Below, piece after piece: positions 10,603-18,700 of a stretch of DNA of 20,000 nucleotides. The translations under genes were made by a program, and so were the position numbers. The notes under the pieces were generated by a model. It saw only the letters and a list, made by a program, of their open reading frames with translations, made no database searches and had not been told where the DNA came from. Location of the stretch: IMG/VR virus record IMGVR_UViG_3300042540_001084, one strand, 5' to 3'. The stretch comes from an uncultured virus (IMG/VR IMGVR_UViG_3300042540_001084). Lineage: Duplodnaviria; Heunggongvirae; Uroviricota; Caudoviricetes. Position 1 is the first letter of the stretch. Each line of letters starts with the position of its first letter.

Positions 10603-13070
10603 TGGCTTTAGGTTATTATTTTTTCCAAAACTGTTGTGACTCCTCAGACTATAGAGTTTTTGAGATTGAGTTAACAAACTTTAGTTTGGGCGATTGTGTT
10701 GTTTACAATAGTACTTGTTATGCGAGAACTTCGGTACCGACTTCGGGACCTGGTTCTGACACGTTCTTAAATCCTGATTATCCTAGTTGTGCGGTTTGTA
10801 AGGCATCGGTTCCGTGTCCGACATCCACACCAACGCCAACACCAACCGTAACACCAACTCCAACAGTTACTGTTACACCAACACAAACACTAACTCCGAC
10901 TCCATCAATTACCCCAAGTATTACACCGAGTGTTACACCATCAGGACCTTTTGGTAATGGTGGGGCGTTTGATTATTATCTGTCGGTAACTGGAGCTTGT
11001 GACAATGGAACGGGTACAGTTCAGATATTTGGAACAGGAGGAGTTCCACCTTATACCTTTGATTGGTATAGTCCTAATTTAGGTCTTGGAGATTACAAGA
11101 CAGGACTTGCAGCCGGAAACTACTTGGTTAGAGCGAACGACTCTACATTGCCAATAAATAATGAATTTTATATCAACATTCCTGTATCTTCAGGATGTTG
11201 TACAACAGTCACAGGCGTACAATCAACAACTTGTGGTTCAGACAATGGAGCGGTGACGGGTACTTGCTCAAGTGTTTATTCCTCGGTTAATTATTATTTG
11301 TATACAACTGATGACGATTTTGTTGCTTCTCAAACGGTCAACACAAACACGGTAGTGTTCTCAAGTTTATCTGCGGGAACTTACTACTTGGAGGCAGTTG
11401 ACTTGGGTGGTTGTACTTGTAGAAGTTCAGACTTCATAATCGAAAGTTCGGTTACTTACGATTATGGACTCTATGTGGTACCAAACGCTGCTTGTGGTCA
11501 GAACAATATTGGTAAGATTTATGTTACAGGACAAACGGGTATAGGACCCTATTCTTACCTATGGAGTAATGGACAAACCACAGACAGTATAACAGGATTA
11601 ACTGAAGGTGTTTATTCGGTTACGGTTACAGACTACAACGGGTGTAGTTTAACCAAACAAGGAATTGTCACCCGAGTTGAACCTGTTGGGTTTGGTTCAT
11701 TTTCTGCAACAACCCCGAGTTGCTTCAATGCCAATGGTTCATTAACCTTAACAATTACTGGTGGAACTGCGCCATACTATTATTCAGCGTCTACGGGGGC
11801 TCAAGAAATTAGTTATAGTCAGACATATACACTTTCAGGGTTAAGTAGTGGTAACTATGGATTTACTGTTACGGACGCTGGTCTTTGTTCATTCACACAA
11901 GAAACAACTTTAACAAGTCCTAATGGTATACAATCCGTTAATGTATCAACACAAAACTCTTATTGTAATTCTAACAACGGATTAATCTTGGTTAGTTTAT
12001 TGGGTGGAACTGCACCCTATACATATACATTAGTTGATGACCAAGGTAACACCACATCACAATCATCTAACTTTACACAGTATACCTATTCTGATTTAAC
12101 TGGAGGTGACTATACAATTTTTGTTCAAGATAGTTCGGGTTGTTTATTCACACAAGATGTTACCATTTTAACACAAGATAAATTTACAATTGCATTACAA
12201 ACTTCGGGTTCTACTTGTGGAAATCCTTATGGTAGTATTAATATTGTTTTATCTTCAGGTGGAACAAGTCCATATGATTATTCTATTGACGGTATTCAAA
12301 CAATTATTGATACGCCTTTAACTGCGGTTACGTTTAATAATGTTGCGCCTGGTCAACACGTTTTAAGTGTTACGGATGCTTCAGGATGTACACAATACAA
12401 ACCATTCACAATTACAACAACGCCAAGTGTTCAGTTCTCATTATACAGTACGTCTTGTGGAACTGGTAATGAAGGAACAATTACAGCGTTTATTTCTAGT
12501 GGAGTTCCACCATTTACATTTGATTGGTCTGATAATGTTGCGGGTAATCCACAACAGATAACAGTTTCAGGTTTAACGGGTGGTACTTATGGATTGATTG
12601 TAACTGACTCTAATGGTTGTTCAAACGCAGCACAAACGATTATCGATTGTGATGCGACGTATGTATCACTCCAATGTTATACAATGGGTTCAGAAACCTT
12701 CAATATCGTTTCACCAACCAAACGAGGTATCAATCAAATATTAGTTGAAGGATTTAACGACTTAACATCAGGTAATACGGATTGTTCGATTAACACCGCA
12801 ATTTATACCGCTAAAGTCCAAGTTCAACCACTCAACACTATTTTAACAACAACATTCTATACAGGAACAACATTGGTTGATGTACCAAGTGATAATTTAT
12901 GGTACAACACAATTACCACAATGTTGGAAAGTATTAACGGGGTTTCAAATGTTACAGTTAACCCATTAACCAATCAAATTACTATTCAGGCAACTCAAGG
13001 AGGTCCTTTAACTGACCAAGAAATTACTGTTGAGTTACTTATAGTTTATGACATTATTTGCCTACAATGA
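10602..13070 (+). CDS. SprB-repeat-containing, Cys-rich putative adhesin/appendage protein (822 aa)
   Basis: Layout: 7-Cys N-terminal domain, a TP linker (~10818-10943), about 7 repeats of C-x(3-5)-G-x-I-x-V-x(2-3)-GG-x-x-PY-x-Y-x-W...GL-x-x-G-x-Y-x-V-x-V-x-D-x-x-GC (typical of Bacteroidota SprB repeats), then a ~120-aa C-terminal domain. No hydrophobic signal peptide is visible. Confidence 0.8.
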   Translation: MALGYYFFQNCCDSSDYRVFEIELTNFSLGDCVVYNSTCYARTSVPTSGPGSDTFLNPDYPSCAVCKASVPCPTSTPTPTPTVTPTPTVTVTPTQTLTPTPSITPSITPSVTPSGPFGNGGAFDYYLSVTGACDNGTGTVQIFGTGGVPPYTFDWYSPNLGLGDYKTGLAAGNYLVRANDSTLPINNEFYINIPVSSGCCTTVTGVQSTTCGSDNGAVTGTCSSVYSSVNYYLYTTDDDFVASQTVNTNTVVFSSLSAGTYYLEAVDLGGCTCRSSDFIIESSVTYDYGLYVVPNAACGQNNIGKIYVTGQTGIGPYSYLWSNGQTTDSITGLTEGVYSVTVTDYNGCSLTKQGIVTRVEPVGFGSFSATTPSCFNANGSLTLTITGGTAPYYYSASTGAQEISYSQTYTLSGLSSGNYGFTVTDAGLCSFTQETTLTSPNGIQSVNVSTQNSYCNSNNGLILVSLLGGTAPYTYTLVDDQGNTTSQSSNFTQYTYSDLTGGDYTIFVQDSSGCLFTQDVTILTQDKFTIALQTSGSTCGNPYGSINIVLSSGGTSPYDYSIDGIQTIIDTPLTAVTFNNVAPGQHVLSVTDASGCTQYKPFTITTTPSVQFSLYSTSCGTGNEGTITAFISSGVPPFTFDWSDNVAGNPQQITVSGLTGGTYGLIVTDSNGCSNAAQTIIDCDATYVSLQCYTMGSETFNIVSPTKRGINQILVEGFNDLTSGNTDCSINTAIYTAKVQVQPLNTILTTTFYTGTTLVDVPSDNLWYNTITTMLESINGVSNVTVNPLTNQITIQATQGGPLTDQEITVELLIVYDIICLQ

Positions 13071-13393
13071 CACAGATAAGAATTGAAGCGGTTACGGGAG
13101 AAACTCCAATATATGTTTATGTTTCTGATGTTTATGGAAATAATGAATCATTAATTGGTACAATTACCAACACAGGTTTAATACCTCCCGCAGCAAATTT
13201 TTATCCACCAAGTTTATTCAATAATGCTCCTGCTGTTATGGTTACTTTAATCGATAACAGAGGATGTAAAAAGTTTGAAATTATTGATTGTAGCTATGGA
13301 TGTGGATTTGATATTTCTGTGGAAATCGCATCTTGCACCTATACAATTTCTGTTACTGCCGAGTCTTGTGATTATAGTATTACGGTCGATTAA
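13067..13393 (+). CDS. Small Cys-containing protein resembling one degenerate SprB-like repeat (108 aa)
   Basis: ATG 13067 overlaps the upstream TGA (ATGA), so it is preferred over the track's 13058 start. Contains VTGETPIYVYV and VTLIDNRGC. Confidence 0.65.
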   Translation: MTQIRIEAVTGETPIYVYVSDVYGNNESLIGTITNTGLIPPAANFYPPSLFNNAPAVMVTLIDNRGCKKFEIIDCSYGCGFDISVEIASCTYTISVTAESCDYSITVD

Positions 13394-13407
13394 GATGTAT
13401 GAATACT

Positions 13408-13429
13408 AATAATCTTGAGGATTATTTTT
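13408..13429 (+). terminator. Possible weak intrinsic terminator hairpin
   Basis: AATAATC-TTGAG-GATTATT inverted repeat followed by TTT, 14 nt after the stop at 13393. The stem is AT-rich and therefore weak. Confidence 0.35.
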
Positions 13430-13481
13430 CCCTTTTCAAAAAAACTTACTAAAAACGATTTTTGAAACAAGGAAACCTATG

Positions 13482-13489
13482 TATTTATA
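13482..13489 (+). promoter_or_regulatory. TATTTATA intergenic motif, putative late promoter element
   Basis: TATTTAT core 10 nt before ATG 13499, followed by an A-run. Confidence 0.5.
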
Positions 13490-13498
13490 TTAAAAAAA

Positions 13499-15712
13499 AT
13501 GTCGTTAGAAACTATAATTTGTGTCAATAAGGCAACGGGGTGTAATACTGAGGTTCAAAAACAGATTACAGTCACCGGGCCATCTTGTTATATTGTTAGA
13601 ATACCAGCTAGTTCTAACGCAATTGGTCCATTTGATATATTCATAAATTCAACTTCTGAGCCGGCATATGCCACTGATATAACCAGACAACAAATGATTG
13701 ATGGTTATGTGGTGTGCTTTGATTTCACCCCAACACCAACACCTACCCCAACTTATACGCCAACAACTACGCCAACACCAACACCTACTTCTACGACTCC
13801 AGGTGCCACAAGTACGCCAACACAAACTGTTAGCCCGACATCTACCGCGACACCATCTGTAACACCGACTATCACACCTACTAATACGGTAACAAATACC
13901 CCTTCGCATACTCCAACAAATACACCTACAAATACCCAAACTCACACACCAACTAATACTGCAACCCAAACTAAAACACCTACGCCAACAAATACATCAA
14001 CTTCAACACCAACACAGACTCCAACTAACACTCACACGCCAACTAACACCGCAACAAATACTTCAACACCAACACAGACCCCAACTAACACAAGGACTGC
14101 AACACCTACACAGACTCCAACAAGAACCCAAACTCCGACACAAACAGCGACAAGAACACAAACTCCGACACAAACTTCAACTCCAACACAAACTCCAACG
14201 GTTACTCAAACACCGACCAATACTTCTACGCCTACTCAAACACCAACGGTTACCCAAACACCAACTAATACTGCAACTAACACACCAACACAAACTGCAA
14301 CTAACACACCAACACAAACTGCAACTAACACACCAACACAAACTGCAACTAACACACCAACTCAAACCGCGACACCAACTCAAACTGCCACTAATACACC
14401 AACACAAACTGCTACGCAGACACCTACAATTACTGCGACTAATACGGTTACACCAACACAAACTGCGACACAAACAAATACACCTACACCTTCAGTTACA
14501 TCTGATATCACACCGACACCAACACCGTCTATTACTGCTAGTCCAACTCAGACTCCAACTAATACCGCAACTCAGACTCCAACACCTACACCAACTAATA
14601 CTGCAACTCAAACGCCAACGCAAACGCCAACTAATACTGCGACTAATACTCAAACACCAACCAATACTGCCACTAATACTCCAACTCAGACGCCAACTAA
14701 TACGGCAACTAATACTCCAACTAATACTGCGACTAATACTCCAACACAAACAGCAACTAATACGCCAACCCCAACACAAACCGCAACATCGACTAACACT
14801 CCAACACCGTCTATTACTGCTAGTCCAACACAAACACCAACACAAACACCAACGAGAACTCAGACCCCAACACAAACACCAACGAGAACTCAGACTCCAA
14901 CACCGACACAAACACCAACACCATCGCAAACTGCGACTAATACTCCTACGCCTACAAATACCGCAACTAATACTTCAACACCAACACAAACACCAACACA
15001 AACAAAGACACCAACTCCAACACAGACATCGACTCCAACACCAACACAAACCGCAACAAATACTCCAACTCAAACACCTACTAATACTGCGTCACCAACG
15101 CCAACCACTACAACTACTCCAACACCAACTCCATCGGCACAACCAATACAGGCGTATTTGTTCATCGATAGAAACGACGCAACAATCAGAACTGCGTTAA
15201 ACAACTATATGCTGGCACAAGGAAGTGCGTTCAGAGGATTTAACATTACTTCACCATCAACAATACAGGCGACATTTAATACACAAATGAACACCTATAT
15301 TGCCTACAGTGGATGGGGTGTATCTGAACCAGCAATATTCACAGCGCCAATTTCAACAACAAGTGGTGGTAATGACGCTTTTGGTAACCCGATAGTTGCT
15401 TATAGATTCCAAACAATCCAAGTTCCTGCTGCGACAGTACCAAATCCTACTGAAGTGGCGTACTATGTTTGGTTTGTATCAACGGGAGCGACTAACGGAC
15501 AAAAGTATTCTACAATCTTGAATGGTAATGCTAACCCACCGGCAACTGATACGGTTGTGAGTTCAATTTATAATAGTTTAATAATAAACTACACAGGCTC
15601 AGCAAATATACCTGCGGGTACTTACAGAGTATATGTTACAAAACCTGCGGGTGGATTGACCATAACTAACAACGGAAACGCTTGGTATTTCCGAGGAGGC
15701 ACGCTAGTATAA
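13499..15712 (+). CDS. Thr/Pro-rich mucin-like stalk protein (737 aa)
   Basis: 76-aa N-terminal domain with 4 Cys, a 470-aa T-x-T-x tract (TPTNT, TPTQT, TATNT), and a ~190-aa beta-rich C-terminal domain. Confidence 0.85.
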   Translation: MSLETIICVNKATGCNTEVQKQITVTGPSCYIVRIPASSNAIGPFDIFINSTSEPAYATDITRQQMIDGYVVCFDFTPTPTPTPTYTPTTTPTPTPTSTTPGATSTPTQTVSPTSTATPSVTPTITPTNTVTNTPSHTPTNTPTNTQTHTPTNTATQTKTPTPTNTSTSTPTQTPTNTHTPTNTATNTSTPTQTPTNTRTATPTQTPTRTQTPTQTATRTQTPTQTSTPTQTPTVTQTPTNTSTPTQTPTVTQTPTNTATNTPTQTATNTPTQTATNTPTQTATNTPTQTATPTQTATNTPTQTATQTPTITATNTVTPTQTATQTNTPTPSVTSDITPTPTPSITASPTQTPTNTATQTPTPTPTNTATQTPTQTPTNTATNTQTPTNTATNTPTQTPTNTATNTPTNTATNTPTQTATNTPTPTQTATSTNTPTPSITASPTQTPTQTPTRTQTPTQTPTRTQTPTPTQTPTPSQTATNTPTPTNTATNTSTPTQTPTQTKTPTPTQTSTPTPTQTATNTPTQTPTNTASPTPTTTTTPTPTPSAQPIQAYLFIDRNDATIRTALNNYMLAQGSAFRGFNITSPSTIQATFNTQMNTYIAYSGWGVSEPAIFTAPISTTSGGNDAFGNPIVAYRFQTIQVPAATVPNPTEVAYYVWFVSTGATNGQKYSTILNGNANPPATDTVVSSIYNSLIINYTGSANIPAGTYRVYVTKPAGGLTITNNGNAWYFRGGTLV
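13727..15136 (+). repeat. Low-complexity coding repeat (ACN-xxx hexamer period) encoding the Thr/Pro tract
   Basis: Strongly A/C-rich and G-poor. Includes ACTGCAACTAACACACCAACACAA as 3 perfect copies plus 1 near-perfect copy at 14270-14365. Confidence 0.9.
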
Positions 15713-15724
15713 AGAAATTAAAAA

Positions 15725-15735
15725 TATTTATTAAA
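15725..15735 (+). promoter_or_regulatory. TATTTATTAAA intergenic motif, putative late promoter element
   Basis: 11-nt identity with 6691-6701. The core lies 17 nt before ATG 15749. Confidence 0.5.
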
Positions 15736-15748
15736 TAAAAAAAAAGAA

Positions 15749-18700
15749 ATGAGTTTTCAATATAAAAACCCCGTATCAACAACCATTCTTCAGACTCCTG
15801 ATTCAGTCATTAGAGAAAATAATACCGGTACAAATTTTAGTGTACTTGGAATTGGTGGATATATGGAAGTTTACTCCTTATCTGACCTAGATTTCATAAT
15901 TCCAAATGACATTTTAATTAATGGGGGTGTTGTTTACTACTCAGGAAACTCAATTCCTATTAACTTAACTTATAACGTACCTTATTCATTACCAAACACG
16001 CTAACATTAAATAACGATGGTATTTCTTCAGGTCGTAGAAGATTAGGTATGCAGGTGTATGTCCAAGAGACAGACACTGTGTACCAATACACGATGACAG
16101 GATTTACGTCAATGTGGGATGATGCTGAAACTGCTGGTTCTATCATTGATTTAGGTAGTGGTTATGAGGTTTATGATGATACGCCACAAGGAGCGGCCCT
16201 TCTTGATGCTTGGACAGGCTCAACAATTGAAGGTGTTGGTGGGGTAACTAAGAATAATGCCAGATGGCAAATATTTTGGGGTAGTGATGTACAAATTACA
16301 GGTGGTACTTATTTCTCAGGAACTTCAGATTTAGATTTATACAATAATACAGGTGGTACTATTACAATTTCAGGATTTACTGCGCCAATTACAGGTGGAA
16401 CTTATAATTCCGGTACACAAACTTTAACATTAACAAATTCACTTGGTGACGACATTCAAATTACAGGATTTACCTCAGGAGGAGGTAGTCCTTTAACAGT
16501 TGGAGACGGAGTTACAACCGTAAGTAATGTCACTGGTATAACATTCAATGGTGCTTCTGTTACTAATGATGGTGACGGTGCAATAACAGTTACAATAACA
16601 GGGGGAACTTCAGGTTCATCTGGTTCTTCAGGAACAAGTGGGACTTCAGGAACATCTGGTATTAGTGGTATCAATGGTACTAGTGGAACATCAGGTTCAT
16701 CTGGTACTTCAGGTTCAAGTGGTTCATCAGGAACTAGCGGAACATCAGGTTCTTCAGGAACGAGCGGAACTTCAGGTTCATCAGGAACAAGCGGCACAAA
16801 TGGTACATCGGGTTCTTCAGGAACAAGCGGTACAAATGGTACATCAGGTTCATCAGGAACAAGCGGCACAAATGGTACATCAGGTTCAAGTGGTTCATCA
16901 GGAACGAGCGGTACAAATGGTACATCAGGTTCTTCAGGAACATCAGGAACATCAGGTGTAAGTGGTGCTGACGGAACTTCAGGAACTAGTGGTTCGTCAG
17001 GAACTAGTGGTTCGTCAGGAACAGGCGGTTCCTCAGGTTCTTCAGGAACAAGTGGAACTTCAGGTTCATCAGGAACAAGTGGAACTTCAGGTTCATCAGG
17101 AACAGGCGGTTCTTCAGGAACAAGCGGTTCTTCAGGAACAAGCGGTACAAATGGAACTTCAGGTTCAAGCGGTTCTTCAGGAACAAGCGGTACAAATGGA
17201 ACTTCAGGTTCAAGTGGTTCATCAGGAACGAGCGGAACTTCAGGTTCATCGGGAACAAGCGGTACAAATGGAACTTCAGGTTCAAGTGGTTCTTCAGGAA
17301 CAAGTGGTACAAATGGAACTTCAGGTTCAAGTGGTTCTTCAGGTACTAGCGGAACTTCAGGTTCAAGTGGTTCATCAGGAACGAGCGGAACTTCAGGTTC
17401 ATCAGGAACAAGCGGAACATCAGGTTCATCAGGAACAAGCGGAACATCAGGTTCATCAGGAACAAGCGGAACTTCAGGTTCATCGGGAACTTCTGGTACA
17501 TCAGGTAGCTCAGGTTCATCAGGAACAAGTGGTACAAATGGAACTTCAGGTTCTTCAGGAACTTCTGGTACATCAGGTAGCTCAGGTTCATCAGGAACAA
17601 GTGGTACAAATGGAACTTCAGGTTCAAGTGGTTCATCAGGAACTAGCGGAACTTCAGGTTCGTCAGGAACTAGTGGAACTTCAGGTTCTTCAGGTTCATC
17701 AGGAACAAGTGGTACAAATGGTACATCAGGTTCTTCAGGAACGAGCGGAACATCAGGTTCATCGGGAACAAGCGGTACAAATGGAACTTCAGGTTCAAGT
17801 GGTTCATCAGGAACGAGCGGAACATCAGGTTCATCGGGAACAAGCGGTACAAATGGAACTTCAGGTTCTTCAGGTTCATCAGGAACAAGCGGAACTTCAG
17901 GTTCATCAGGAACGAGCGGAACATCAGGTTCTTCAGGAACAAGCGGTACAAATGGAACTTCAGGTTCAAGTGGTTCATCAGGAACGAGCGGAACTTCAGG
18001 TTCATCAGGAACTAGCGGAACATCAGGTTCTTCAGGAACAAGCGGTACAAATGGTACATCAGGTTCTTCAGGAACGAGCGGAACATCAGGTTCATCGGGA
18101 ACAAGCGGTACAAATGGTACATCTGGCTCTTCAGGAACGAGCGGAACATCAGGTGTAAGCGGTGCTGATGGTACTTCAGGAACATCAGGTTCAAGTGGAA
18201 CTTCAGGTTCATCAGGAACAAGCGGTACAAATGGAACATCAGGTTCATCAGGAACAAGCGGTACAAATGGAACATCTGGCTCTTCAGGAACATCAGGTAG
18301 CTCAGGTTCATCAGGAACAAGTGGTACAAATGGAACTTCAGGTTCGTCAGGTACTAGCGGAACTTCAGGTTCAAGTGGTTCGTCAGGAACATCAGGTTCG
18401 TCAGGTACTAGCGGAACTTCAGGTTTAAGTGGTTCGTCAGGAACATCAGGTTCGTCAGGAACAAGTGGTACATCAGGTTCATCAGGTACTAGCGGAACTT
18501 CAGGTTCGTCAGGAACTAGTGGAACTTCAGGTTCTTCAGGTTCATCAGGAACGAGCGGAACTTCAGGTTCTTCAGGAACTTCTGGTACATCAGGTAGCTC
18601 AGGTTCATCAGGAACAAGTGGTACAAATGGAACTTCAGGTTCAAGTGGTTCATCAGGTTCATCAGGAACTAGCGGAACTTCAGGTTCTTCAGGTTCATCA

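Noticed and set aside
478..12561. Short nested ORFs in the track (478, 2361, 2744, 3249, 6436, 7389, 7650, 9258, 12367)
   Set aside because: They lie within or across long, well-supported CDSs and have no recognisable motifs or start context.
13649..14929. Cys/Trp-rich minus-strand ORFs (CWC repeats)
   Set aside because: They are antisense shadows of ACA/CCA (Thr/Pro) codons.
13727..15136. T-x-T motifs suggesting an ice-binding beta-solenoid
   Set aside because: High proline content and irregular period fit an extended linker, not a beta-helix.
1..15712. Possible stop-codon recoding (no gene ends in TAG; 8 TAA and 1 TGA)
   Set aside because: Genes tile completely under the standard code with no in-frame TAG or TGA interruptions, and TAA preference is expected at low GC.
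16638..18428. Plus-strand ORFs with QVHQEQ/ELQV repeats (16638, 16962, 18162)
   Set aside because: These are alternate-frame shadows of the Gly-X-Y gene and are broken by stops at GTAAG sites. The Gly frame is continuous with a complex N-terminal domain and shows synonymous third-position variation.
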